Shown one piece after another: positions 1 to 12,192 of a DNA stretch of 64,000 nt. This stretch comes from Schmidtea polychroa. Taxonomy: Eukaryota. The notes under the pieces are model-generated. The model was given only the letters and a program-made list of their open reading frames with translations, was not told the origin of the DNA and searched no databases. Location of the stretch: the NCBI GenBank assembly GCA_044892525.1, contig CM097885.1:44332001-44396000 (forward strand). Direction: 5' to 3'. Position numbers and translations under genes: made by a program. The stretch's first letter is position 1, and the number at the start of each line of letters is the position of its first letter.

Positions 1-859
1 AACAAAATTTAAATTTGGAATTGTATAATTATTGAATATATAATTATTTATTATTTATATAGATATTTGTAAAATGTTACTTTTTTGTATTATTTATCTA
101 AAGTCTTTCATGCTATAGACCAGTATATTTATTTATTTACAATTGTTATTAAAAGAATTTAAATGGGCCAAAGGGATTTTTTTGTAATAATAACGATTTA
201 TAAGGATTTTTATATTGGATTCAATTTAAAAATTTCCGTATTTAGAAATTATAACAAACAAACATACATACATACATTCACAATTATATAAGACAACAGA
301 ATGAAGATAAACCAAATCGTAAATAGCAGATAAAAGATGAATAAATTAAAACAATGATTCTCAACCTATTTTGGCTTGCGGCGCAATAAAATTTTCGCTG
401 CATACATGGGAAAAATTAACAGTTTTTATAGCATAAAAATTGTTTGTAATGTAATTTATTTATCATTGTCTTCACTCTTATCAAATAAAGGAAGAAAGCA
501 ATATCTCTATAAAATAGATCAGAAATAAATATAGAAAATTATGAATTTGTTTAGAAGAAAATTGGATTTCATAGTGTATTTTAAATGTTCTTTAAATGTC
601 CTAGGAATGTTATATAATTTGTAAAACCTCTCACTTCACACTAGTGTTTAAAGATTCTAAAATTATTTCATGAATGTTTCATATATATTTCATTTCCAAG
701 ATCTCAGACTAAATGGTTTAGAATCTCCATTCAAGAGAGACACGAAAATCCTAAATAAATATATAATTTTAAATGATTACCTAAAATTTGAAGAGATTTT
801 CATAAATAAATTAAAGGATAAAACCGAAAATTCATGCTATAAATTATTCCGTTAAAAAT

Positions 860-972
860 TAAAAGCATGTCATAAATGTTGCCTAATTGGTGGCTGGACA
901 AAATGTCATGGTATAAATGTTGTAGATAAAATGTTGTGTGTGAACAGTACCTTTGCGACCAATACCCATAGG

Positions 973-1007
<35 letters not shown>

Positions 1008-1299
1008 ATGAGAAAGAAGAAAATGTACATCCGCATCAACGAGGCACTACAAATTATGGTCTCGGACTACGTCAATCGAGATCCGGTTACATATCTGGGT
1101 GATACTGCGCGTGTACTTATTATAAACGTCGTGTAACGTTGTAGTATATTTGACTAAAGATAATTAACGTATGATTTTAGAATAATTTTTTGTTTAAAAC
1201 AATCAAGTATAATAATGTTATGTTACATTTTGTCCACGACATTTTAACCGTGACATTCTTTCCACGACCTTCAGTCCGGTTACATTTTCTCCTAGTACC
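860..1299 (+). mobile_element. Internally deleted MULE/Mutator-like remnant (TIR-type repeats plus transposase C-terminal fragment)
   Basis: 1008-1136 translates MRKKKMYIRINEALQIMVSDYVNRDPVTYLGDTARVL, resembling MULE transposase C-termini. It is flanked by inverted repeated acaaaatgtc / gacattttgt-type motifs ending tagtacc. The left boundary is approximate. Confidence 0.5.
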
Positions 1300-1799
1300 A
1301 CCAAATTCTGTGAAAATTAAATGTCACTAAATTTAATTGCCCAGGCAAATGTTCAAATGTTTCAATGTTCACATTGACTATATACAATTTGAGGTTTAAC
1401 AAATTCTATAAGGCACGTGGTCAATTGACAAAACTACGAATCAACTTAAAATTTACTTTACACATACTTTAATAAAATAAAATTTGGTATTTTATCAAAT
1501 GACAATAAATTATTTTTAAGAGTTAATTTTTACTCAAACCATTTTAGTAAAATTATCATCTTTTGCAATGCGAAAAAAAATGTTAAATGGTTTGTTTTAT
1601 TTATGCATCAACTGAAATATTATTGGGAAAATTAAACTTGGAAAAATATTTGATATTTTATTTTGCCACAAAAACCAAAAAACTTTAAATTTTAATAGAA
1701 AATTAAAATTTGTTATAAAAAATTAATAAATAAAATAAATTTATAACAAAAAAGAGTAACAATATTTTTCTTCATATTTTATTAATTCTGTGGATGTCC

Positions 1800-2250
1800 A
1801 ATTACTATTTCAGTATAGGATTCGAAGTCTCTCTGAACTCTTTTTTATTTAACTATTTGGCCCATTTCTAAAAATTATTGAAAATCTTTGTTCTGATGTA
1901 TAAATTTTATTTTCCATTAGGTATAATCGTCCTTACTAAACACTCTTCCATCTGACACAATCTATTTTTATCCTCATTAGTAAACCCAATCCTTATTTTC
2001 ATTAACATATTCAACATTTTTTACTTTCAAACCAGACATAAATAATAACTTGAATTTTTCCTTTCCATAAGTGCATATCAATACATTTATATTTAATATA
2101 TTTTTTAATTTTTCATTCATTTATATTTTTAAACATAAAAAACCTCTTTTATTGTCTGTTTGAGCTAATATTAAATTTATAATAAAAGATTTGTGTAATT
2201 AAAATTTTAAATAATTTCAGCATCAAGTTGTTTATACTTGTAACTGTAAA
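1800..2250 (-). pseudogene. Possible heavily degraded protein-primed DNA polymerase B (Polinton-like) C-terminal fragment
   Basis: The minus strand gives frameshifted pieces NVEYVNENK / IGFTNEDKNR / VSDGRVFSK, which resemble the KIALS..DDKR...DG end of pPolB. Weak. Confidence 0.25.
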
Positions 2251-2608
2251 ATAATAATTGTTTTGTTTATATGTTGTTTATTGGTAATATTAAAAAATCT
2301 ATTTGAAACCGTTTTTGTACTTTCACTACATTTTCATAATCATAGTAGCACTTACAAATAAATTTATGTTATTCAAAATTTAGTCTAATAGCAACAAGTA
2401 TTTTAAATCAATTATACCTAGAAAAGAAAAAAAAACCTTTGAATATTTCCGATAAGTTAGGTTTATTTATTACTTAGTATAAACAAACAATAATTTTTCT
2501 AATTTTAACATATAATATTACATTTAATTAAACTGTAGACTTTTTAGTAAAATTTTAAAAATATTAATTAAAATTATTAACTTATGTATTTAACATTTAA
2601 AATATTCA

Positions 2609-2751
2609 TATTATAAGAACATATATTTTATTCAAATTTCACCACTGATTTCTTTTCCATTGACATTGTAAAATTCAATTGAAAAAGGCATTGCCGAAAA
2701 TTCGTGATTATCAAAAACATCGATATAGTCAAGCTTTTTAATAAATACAAT
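2609..2751 (+). repeat. Repeat family A copy (antisense tail plus sense segment carrying the U3-A8 hammerhead-like motif at 2675-2707)
   Basis: ttgaaaaaggcattgccgaaaattcgtga followed by tatcaaaaacatcgatatagtcaagctttttaataaatacaat. The same sequence recurs at 8 other loci in the window. Confidence 0.75.
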
Positions 2752-3012
2752 ATTAAAATATTAAATACTCATGCTTTTTACGAAATGACATGTACACGAA
2801 ATTGACATAATTTTAAATCAGTTGTTCCTAGAAAAGAAAAATAAATTATAAAAATATGAGGTATTAAATTTTAGAAACACATTTTTAAAAAATATATTTC
2901 CTTGATTTTTTGAATCTCAGTTTTCGAAATAACATAATTAAATTTGACACTTCCTCAATGATAAATTCCTATAAAATAAATTTCTTCCTATAGGGTTTTT
3001 AGTTTAAATAGA

Positions 3013-3122
3013 TTTTTTTTTAATTAATGAATATTTTTTTTTAATTGATGAGTATTTTTTTTTAATCGATGAATATTTTATTTTAATTAATGAATGTTTT
3101 ATTTTAATTAATGAATGCTTTT
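3013..3122. repeat. Tandem repeat, about 20-bp unit (ttttttttaattaatgaata), about 5 copies
   Basis: Read directly from the sequence. Confidence 0.7.
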
Positions 3123-4728
3123 CTGTGAACCCTTTATGGACCAACCAACTTGTATACCGGACAGAAGGTCCAAAAATATCTCAGATGAAAAACGTCTTGA
3201 TATAATTCAAGCGTTAGAAGGTAATTTTTCTTGAAATTAAGTTTGCTACCTCCCCTAAAGTCGTTCCAACTGAACAATGAAATTGAAAAGAACAATGTTT
3301 ATAAATTTAACTTGACTTATTTAAAATATCTCCTGCTAAAGTTTTAACTACTCAAAAGAGTTCCATGAGAAAAAAGGTAAAAACCACTGCAATAAACCAA
3401 ATATAATATTAGTCTCAAATACATGTTCCACTTCCTATTTTTTATAAGTAGTATTTGTCTTCTAAAAACATTTTAATATATATTTAAAAAAATCCAAAAA
3501 AGAGTAGTGTCTATTATTTATAAGTTAAAGACTTTAGAGTTATTGAACAATAATATAATGGCAATAATGAGAATATAAATTAATCTTGAAAGAAATTGAT
3601 AAATGGGTTTAAAATATTTAATTTTTCTTTCAAATAATATTTATAATATTTATTCCGATTTTATCAGAGCAAAATTAATAGTAATTATGAGCATCACTTT
3701 GAAATCACAAGAATATAAAAACAATTTTAATAAATTTTATTTTAATTTTGAAATATTAATTTTCTAAATTTCTTGACTGGCAGATGATATTTCAAAGATT
3801 TATTTAGAAATAATTCTAAAATATTTTCTCTGATTTCGTCTGGAATTCAATTTAACAAATGCTGACAATAATAGAGAAATTTGAAAATTGTTTCATTTTC
3901 TTTTCTGAAATTCAATACTTTGGAAATTGAAATTTTGTCAAAAATAATTTTTTAAATTTCATTATTAATTTTTTAAATTAAATAAATTATAAAAGAAACA
4001 AAAAAAAGAATAAAAATGTCGTAAAAATAATAAATATAATGAAATGATTTAAAATAAAATGAGAAAATAAATTTGTTTAAATATACTGTGATCAACTGTC
4101 ATAAATGGGCGTATATAATCATTTAATTTGCTTTGTATGAATGTATGAAACGCTTTTCCGTTTCATATGAATTATTAAATATTTTTTAGTTTTAAATTAA
4201 AAAAAACTACCTTTCAAACTACTACATTAAAAAAATTCCAAAAGACTTAATTGCTTTATAAACATTGCTTAGTTAAGTAGTTTATAAACATAAAATAAAA
4301 ATATTTCAGTCATTAGTCGACCGTGAATATCCTCAAATATCCTCAATTAATGAGTCAATCGCTCATATCTATAATTTTTAATTACTTACCTCATTGTAAT
4401 TAGTTTAAATATTAAAATCATTCTAAATTTTTAAATAAAAATTCATAAATAAGTTGATAAAGATATAAAATGTTATTAATTCATTTCTCAAAATATCAAG
4501 ATTTAGGTAAAACTCATCAACTCCTTCCAAGATTTTAATTTAATTTTTTTCAATTTTCTGTATTTTAGTATGAACCTCTTTCCCGGCTGACTGATAAATT
4601 ATTCTTATGCGTTTAATAATACTTTTTCACAAAACAATCAGTTACAGAATGTATTTATACATCAAAAATATTTCAGTGAAAAAAATTAAAACAATTTAAC
4701 ATGTATAAATAATTATATTTAATAATAT

Positions 4729-5107
4729 CAGTGCTTTTCTTCTGGAAAAAAAGGTGCCGGAACGTATCTGTACTATCTGGACACTGAAATTAGCTAACAA
4801 ATAAAATAATTATGCAGGACACAAAATATACACTTATTAGTTATTAGTAATGATGTAGTATATTAATGGCGTATATTTACCCTGAGCGTGTTTTATATAC
4901 TAGTAATAACACATAGGAAGCACGGAGTTATGATTCACTCGCTTTGGCGTACGACTAATACTTTTAATTTGATTGTAATTGACTATTTGAAATGTCAGAA
5001 GTTGAAATACGACAAAAAACCAAAACATATGTCAATTTTTTAAAATCATTCAGCGAAAAAAGGTGCCAGAACGCCGTCCTGGAGCGTTCCGTCCGAAAAA
5101 AGCACTG
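4729..5107. mobile_element. hAT-type MITE
   Basis: TIRs cagtgctttt / aaaagcactg, perfect 8-bp TSD aataatat (4721-4728 and 5108-5115), subterminal repeat aaaaaaggtgcc(g/a)gaacg. Confidence 0.9.
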
Positions 5108-5156
5108 AATAATATATATAGTTGAATACAAATATATGAGAAATTACAGAGTTAAG

Positions 5157-5835
5157 TAAGGTGACCAAACGGTCTACTTTCGAAAAGGCATTATTTCTTT
5201 TTGATGGTTTGTACTTTCCAAATTTTATGTACTCCTTATCTTCTTGTACTGTTTTAGATAATATTGTAAAAATCAATTATTATAATTTTGATTATATGAA
5301 TTTTTTAGAGAATGACGAGATGTAGAAAATATAAATTATATTGTGAAGAAATATTGAAAGTAGCTCATTATGTGGAAGGATATAATGAAATATTTTTCTA
5401 TGACAATAAACTCTTCGAAGAAATTAGGCGTGTAAACATGTATTGTTCCCCGGAAAACATTATATGAATGAAATAAAAGTAAAATAGAAATTAACTTTCG
5501 TCGGATAAAAATAAACAAATATTTTAAAGACAAAAATATTCCTGTAAAAAATTCGAAATGACTTGTTGAATTTGCAATGTGCTTACCTGTTACTAATGAG
5601 ACAGTTAATGAGTAATATCAATTATTAATGATTTCTTGAGAAGCGACAAATTGACACTAAACATAGCAACTTTATGAGCAATGATTTCGATGAAGGTGAA
5701 ACTCCAGTATAAATGTGACGCCTTCTGTAATGTTTTCAAAGAAAATGAAAAATATTATAAAAAATAAAATTTCATTTCTTTGTTAATTTTTCATCCTTTT
5801 AACTGCATTCGAGTGAAAGAGGTTTGGCTACCTTA
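5157..5835 (+). mobile_element. Degraded hAT element with transposase dimerization-domain remnant
   Basis: Imperfect TIRs taaggtgaccaaac / gtttggctacctta. Near 5570 it translates EFAMCLPVTNETV, like the hAT C-terminal LPxTNAxVER motif. Confidence 0.55.
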
Positions 5836-6760
5836 CGGTTAACTCATTTTTATTTAATTGTAAGTTTTGACATATTTAGCATTGTTATTTAGAATAAAAT
5901 TTAGTACTGTAGTTGATTTTAAATGTTTATAGTGGCACCAAACATATTGCAAATATATTTTGTTTGAAATGACTTGATATAGTTTGAAAATTTCTTAATC
6001 TTTTTCCCTTAATAAATTATTTATTAATGACTTAACTCAATTTTACTAGATTTGAAAATGAATATTTTATAATTTATTGAGTCATGAAGATTTTTATTTC
6101 TAACCACTTTCAGATTATACAATTATGATAATTCTTTTGAAAAATTAAATGAAAACTTTCTATACGAAAAACATTCTTAGCCTCTTAATTTTGCATATCA
6201 GAGCAACGAATGAAATGTTGCAAGGGTCTAATCCAAGATCATTTCAAAGTGATCTTTGTGGTGAGCGAGCCACTAGACCTCAAAGATAGAATAAAATAAA
6301 AGGGAATAATCTTGAATGTATTCAAACTATTTTTTTATTCGTGTTACCCTTTCCTGTGCGGCACGTAATAATACGTTTTGGCTGTGTTTTGATATAAAAT
6401 TGAATATTGACTAAATTTTTATGCTCAAAACACTTATTTCTTGGCTTTATATGTTACTTACATAGTTTCAAAATTGTGTTTTTGTCAAAAAACAAACAAA
6501 ATTAAAATTTTTCATTTTGTTGGTTTTTTTTCAAAAAATAACTCTACATTATGCAAACATTTTGAAAAAAATTATTTTTTTAAAAATTTTCATATTTATT
6601 TAATTATTAATCAAATCTTAAAAATATAAAGAATATATTATAAAAATAAATTTTCTGTTATTCAAGATAAATTTGAATCAATAATTCGTCTAAAAATTTC
6701 TAATATTATATATTAAATATTATTAAAATTATTACTGCGAAAATAATTATACATTTTTAG

Positions 6761-6830
6761 ATTTTATTTACCTCATGGAATATTTGCTGATAAACATCAT
6801 ATGATTGCAACAGATCTCGCAAGGCATCAA
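6761..6830 (+). CDS. PAL: PAL exon (FYLPHGIFADKHHMIATDLARHQ)
   Basis: tttag acceptor and gtaggc donor. Confidence 0.9.
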
Positions 6831-8855
6831 GTAGGCCCTTTTTCTAATTAAAATTAAAATAATTTTTGTTTTAATAAGGTTCTGCGCATTCCTCACAATT
6901 CTAACAAACCGGATTTAATCCTTGGGGAAATTTTCACACCTGGAAATGATGCGAATCATTTTTGTAAACCTACTCATGCCGTTGCTGCTGAAGATGGCAC
7001 GATTTTTGTAGCGGATGGGTAAACAATATTTTATTCAATGAATCTATAAATAAAAAAAATTAATTATCGCTAGATATTGCAATTCGAGAATTGTGAAATT
7101 TGACAAGCATGGAAAATTCATTGGAGAATTTGGAAATGAAAAAGGTGAGGTTTATGAATATTATTTTTAACGAATTATTTTTTATTTACTTTCTCAGAAT
7201 GAATTTTCAGTACGTGCTTTAGAAAGGGAATTATTTTTTATTATTAACCAACATATTCACGAAATACAAATATTGATATTAATTAAAATTTTTTGTTATT
7301 TTTCTAACATCTAACAAATTCTCATTTTTTCTAAATAGAATTATTTTATTTTTAATAGCAGTTAAAATGCCTTATATAATGAGAGGTACTTAGAAGCTCT
7401 CTGTAGTTTTTGCCCAAGAATATATTTCCATTAAATGCAAAAGGGTAGCAAACAAATTACAAACGGAACAAGTTTTATTAAATTTTATGCAAGCATCAAT
7501 ATATTCATGTCAACTATTTGAATGAAAGTGAGACATTGGAAAAATGTTTTGAGCAAAGCGGGTTGACTTGGACAAAATTTGAAAAGATCGTCAATTGTCA
7601 CAGCGTTTTTGACATGAACAGCGCAATCGTGCATCAACTGAAAAATATTAATCCTTTGAGTCCCCAATTTTTTTCAACTATAGTAAACTTATTTGAAAGA
7701 TTACTTCATGATAATCATTTTATACTTTTAAAAAATTTGAAAAAAAAATTGCTCAACTTTCACGTACTCTTTTCACGATAATTGCTAAAGTGAAGTCATT
7801 TCAAAATATCATAAAATTGATTTCTGGACATATGCCCTTTGAATACTGCAGTTAGAAGTAATGGATCAAATGACCAATAGTCTTTCATTTTCCTTTTGGA
7901 CAACATTCCGGTAAGAAATATCATGTAAATATCTTGTAAAGATGAAATACAGTGGACGTTTGCAAATTTCGTTCAGAGATAGGTTTTACTATTTTGAAAA
8001 TTACTCAGGTTCTACTTATACTTTCTATGAAGTTTTTCTACCCATATATGATCGATAGTTGTTCTATCAAACAATTTGTGTTTCATGAATTTATTCCTTC
8101 AACTTCAATGTTTTATTTTACTTTTGCCTTTTTTTAAAATTGTAACTCAATTATCTAGAAACTAGATCAGAATATGATAAAAATTTGTTTTATATCTCAA
8201 AATATTCGTTATTATAAGTTTTACATTTTGATTTTTGTCTTATACTTTGGGAGAAATTCTCTCTGGACCCATTGGTCACGCCGGTATCCAAAGGGTTAAT
8301 TTAATCTTTTCAGATTTGACTTCATCGCTGAAAACAAATTATAATAATCTCATGGAACAACAGGTGAATATGATAAGATAGAATGCGCATGGCACACCTT
8401 TCACGCAAATTTGATTGGTTATTATAACTATATGAGAAAATAGAGAAAAAGTAATATTCTATAAAAAAATGGATATTGTAAAATTAGCGCATGGCAATAG
8501 TGCTTGACTGTACTGTACGTTCCATTTTAAGGAAATTGGCTATTATAAAATTTGGTTAAAATAAAATATTTTTCTGGCAAGACATTTTATTATATCTGGA
8601 AGTTATTGTGTATGTAAATCACATGAAGTCAGTTTTATAAGATTTTATTTTTAGATAAATCTCGATTATCTATACCACATCACCTAGTATTAATTGAATC
8701 AGAAGATTTGATATGTGCAGCTGATAGGGAAAATATGAGAGTTCAATGTTATTCAGCAGGACTCAAAGATAATTCAAAATCAGGGAAATTGATAAAAACT
8801 ATTACAGATGAACGATTTGGACCCGTCTATGCAGTTGCTTTCAATAAATTAAGTA

Positions 8856-8935
<80 letters not shown>

Positions 8936-9410
8936 GATTATTATTACTATTACTATTACTACTACTACTACTATTATGGTTACTATTATTTAAATATGAT
9001 GGCTACATTTTAAAAAATAAACAAACTTATAATATTTGAAATGATTAATAATAATTTTTAGATAACTTGATGTACGTTGTCAGTGATATGTTGGACGAAA
9101 ACGACAGATCTAGAGTGTTTATATACAACTGGGAACTGGATGTGGTTATTGGAGTAATAGATTATTCGGGAGCAAATGTATGTTACACATTAAGGAAACA
9201 TATTTTACTTTATTATTAATATAGGGATTTGGAATGGCTCACACAATTGACGTGTGTCCAAGAGGACATTGCGTAGCCATTGGAAGTTTGACTAAAGAAT
9301 GTTCATCAGATCCAATTAATTGTTTGGAGCGTGGCAATGATGAGGACGATTATCAACTTAGAAACATTTGGCTTTATCAATTATTGGATGCAAAATTAGT
9401 TTTGGCATAA
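6761..9410 (+). CDS. PAL: Peptidyl-alpha-hydroxyglycine alpha-amidating lyase (PAL, NHL-repeat beta-propeller), 3' part; upstream exons not found in this window
   Basis: join(6761-6830,6879-7018,7074-7144,8655-8852,9062-9177,9225-9410). All introns are GT-AG and phase-consistent. Motifs: FYLPHG, HFCKPT, FVADGYCNSRIVKF, IPHHL, ADRENMRVQCY, GMAHTI. Stop TAA at 9408-9410. Confidence 0.93.
6879..7018 (+). CDS. PAL: PAL exon (VLRIP...HFCKPTHAVAAEDGTIFVADG)
   Basis: Follows a 48-bp intron; gtaaac donor. Confidence 0.9.
7074..7144 (+). CDS. PAL: PAL exon (YCNSRIVKFDKHGKFIGEFGNEK)
   Basis: Follows a 55-bp intron; gtgagg donor; contains the catalytic Tyr motif. Confidence 0.9.
7480..8299 (-). mobile_element. 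Internally deleted piggyBac element in a PAL intron
   Basis: TTAA-CCC terminus at 8299-8293 on the minus strand. Minus-strand translation FLTGMLSKRKMKDYWSFDPLLLTAVFKGHMSRNQFYDILK*LHF (about 7918-7790), plus the C-terminal Cys-rich remnant FCPSQPAL. The other end was not located. Confidence 0.75.
8440..8612 (+). repeat. Dispersed repeat of about 170 bp, second copy at about 57798-57962
   Basis: Shared ggatattgtaaaatt...actgtacgttccattttaaggaaattggctattataaaatttg. Confidence 0.8.
8655..8852 (+). CDS. PAL: PAL exon (DKSRLSIPHHLVLIESEDLICAADRENMRVQCY...AVAFNKL)
   Basis: ttttag acceptor and gtaatt donor; ADREN motif. Confidence 0.92.
8857..8990. repeat. (TAT/TAC)n microsatellite in a PAL intron
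   Basis: Read directly from the sequence. Confidence 0.95.
9062..9177 (+). CDS. PAL: PAL exon (NLMYVVSDMLDENDRSRVFIYNWELDVVIGVIDYSGAN)
   Basis: Phase-consistent AG/GT boundaries. Confidence 0.85.
9225..9410 (+). CDS. PAL: PAL terminal exon (GFGMAHTIDVCPRGH...NIWLYQLLDAKLVLA*)
   Basis: Follows a 47-bp intron; ends in TAA. Confidence 0.88.
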   Translation, partial: GFGMAHTIDVCPRGHCVAIGSLTKECSSDPINCLERGNDEDDYQLRNIWLYQLLDAKLVLA

Positions 9411-11274
9411 TTGAAAAGAAATATACATTTGAAAATCCAGTTAGATTGTGTCCCATGTTACCGTCATAACATCAGTAGTCCTATATCATCATTGTATGCC
9501 AATATCATTCGACAAAAGATAATTGTTAACTTTGAAATTCTGCTTATAATACAGATAACCTGCAAGTTTATCATTTGTTTTAATGATAAAAATCAACATA
9601 TATGCAAAGCGATATTATCATAAATATTCGTCAATTTGAGTTTTTCATTAATTTTCTTAATCAATTTGCATTGTTTTGTGAAATTTGTCAAAAATAATAA
9701 AGTCTCTTTCTTTTCAACCCATGAATGAAAATTAGGGAAGGAGAAGACAAAACAGACTCTGAGTAGCAAAACAAAAAATCAAAATCAAAACCTTTAAGAC
9801 TTCTTGTACATTTTTTGTATTTTGCCAAACAGATCTCAACTTTCCCTACACGTTTTGAATTAAAACTAGACAAATATAATAAACACAAAATAATATGAAA
9901 GAAAAGATATTCTTGTTGCCTAAAATATTTAAACTTATACAATCCTGCGTATTCATTTTTTCATAATAGAACCACAGCTATTACGTAACATATTGTTTAT
10001 TAAAAACATTAGATCATTAAATATTACTATATAATTAACTACCTGATATAGATATATAAATAAATATAAATAAAAGTGTGATGGTATATAAAGAAAAATA
10101 CAAGTCTAGGTCTCATACATTTAAAACAATAGAATCTAATGAATAAAAAAGTATAGGTACCCACAAACTTTAAAATTTTATGGTTAGGCAGATCCAAGGA
10201 AATCGTTTATACTATAATTTTCTTTTTTGCAAAGATTGACCGACTGCTACCGTAAAAGATATAAAATTAATTCATTTTAAAATAACCTAAATATGTTCAT
10301 TTACTGGCGGTATCAAGGAAACCAATTTTTTTGGAAGATTATTAACATTTTATGGATGTGATCAATACAAAATTCACGGTGGCTAATAAAGATTATAAAT
10401 CAAATAATTTTCATTAAATCTTTTTCACTTTAACCTGAACCATGTGGGAAACCTCTGACGTAGACAAATTTTGGTTGCTGGCTAATTCAATTATTTTACT
10501 ATAAAAGTGGCAGCAAAATAACCAATATAAAAATAGACAATACTAGTAGTGAAATGCCTGTTCGGTTGAAGGATAACCAGGTTACAAAGAGATTCCCAAT
10601 TAGAAGAATAGAGAAATATATAGGGCAAAGGGGATAACCTTTTGTCAAATCAAATTTATAAAAGGAAAAATCACATTTGAAATCTAATAAAAAAACTGTT
10701 GCACTACCTACTTTATTAAACTTTCATAGAAGGATGCAGCTCAAATAAGAGTGTAATTGACAATATGGTATCAAATTTTATTAACATTTAATAAAGTTTT
10801 CTGTTTTGGGTGTTATTTTAATAATTGAAGCAAAGAGCACGAAGAGTCAGAATTAGTACCATCTTAACAATAATAACCAATTAAAGTGTCGAAAATTTAT
10901 GTTATTAAAGGGAAATTTTTTACCCTATAGTTGTAATCTGACGAACATTGTCCTCTTAGACACACGTTGATTGTGTGAGCCATTCCGAATATTATAATAA
11001 AAGTAAATGAAATACTAATTAGAAAATTCAAAATTTGTTTTACAAAACAAAATATGGTCACTAATTTAAATATCCTCTCCTAAACAGAGAAAACGACAAT
11101 TGAAAGAAGCAAGATTTGTTTGAAAATAAGAAAATATATTTTAAAGGAAAGAAAGCAGATTTTTCACTAGTCTAAAAGCATCAATATAAAAGAAATAGTA
11201 AATAAGAGATCAAAGGTAAAAAAAGCTAGAACATTTTAATAAAAATCGATCATTTATTATGTCTAGTATTGTTA

Positions 11275-11416
11275 TTGTATTTATTCAAAAGCTTGACCTT
11301 TTTCAAGTGAATTTGACTTGTGAAATTAACTTGAAAAAGTCAGTGCCGAAAATTCGTAAATATCAAAAACATCGATATATTTACTGATTCACAGTCAAGC
11401 TTTTTTAATAAATACA
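11275..11416 (+). repeat. Repeat family A copy with inverted arm; hammerhead-like motif at 11327-11359
   Basis: taac-ttgaaaa-a-gtcagtgcc-gaaa-attc-gtaa; arms tgtatttattcaaaagcttgac / gtcaagc(t)naataaatac. Confidence 0.75.
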
Positions 11417-12192
11417 TATATTTATTATACATATATATTATTGGTCAGTGTTAGGTAAGATCTTATCTATAATATGTTCTTATTAACTTATAAACTAGTT
11501 GCTTCGTTAATTTGTTATTCTTAGAAATTGTTATTGTTATAGGTATGTTGAGGATACTTAAATGAAAAATAACATAATAAATAAATAAATTACCTGGGGG
11601 AAGATCGTCATGACAAATTGGACGATCTATGGAAACTCAGAAAAGAAAACAGAAGTAAAATGAAATTAAAAATGAGAAAGATAAATCAAATAAAAGGAAA
11701 CAAACAAGAAATTAAAACAAAGGTCATTGTTAATTAAGAAGTACAAATGAAGGTGGAATTTCAAATTCCAGAAAAACAAAATAAGGGAAAAAGCCGTATC
11801 TTGACAGCTTGTCAAAGATAGCGAAATTGACGGAAGAAGGCGGCTTAACAGAAAAGGAAAATTGAAAAATATCTTGACATCTGTCAGAGATAAGGCTGAT
11901 GTAGAGGAAAAGGAAAATGGTAAACAGAATCTGTCGCCAGTCCCACAAACAAAACAACTATATAAAGGAAAACTGGTGGACGAGAAATCAGAACAGATTG
12001 AGAACAAATTTAGAACAGATTTAGAACAAAATTAGAACGAAAAGTAGAACGAAAACAGAACAAAATTGAGAGCAAAACGAAACGAAATTAGAGACAAAAA
12101 GTAGAGTAAATTAGAGACGAAAGAGTTAAAAGGGGGAATCAAAACAAAGTGAAAAGAGATGTGACAAGAATCTTTTATAAAACTGTCTCGGG

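Noticed and set aside
3136..3235. Short ORF MDQPTCIPDRRSKNISDEKRLDIIQALEG as an upstream PAL exon
   Set aside because: No PAL similarity; more like a transposase HTH fragment and too short to call.
8853..9013. Poly-Tyr tail of ORF 8708-9013
   Set aside because: Read-through past the splice donor at 8853 into an intronic microsatellite.
11666..12007. Hydrophobic minus-strand ORFs, and the similar ORF at 17126-17320
   Set aside because: They are the antisense of purine-rich LTR sequence and have no protein motifs.
11985..12130. Regularly spaced ~11-bp repeats as a CRISPR-like array
   Set aside because: A degenerate tandem repeat inside an LTR with no unique spacers, in a eukaryotic context.
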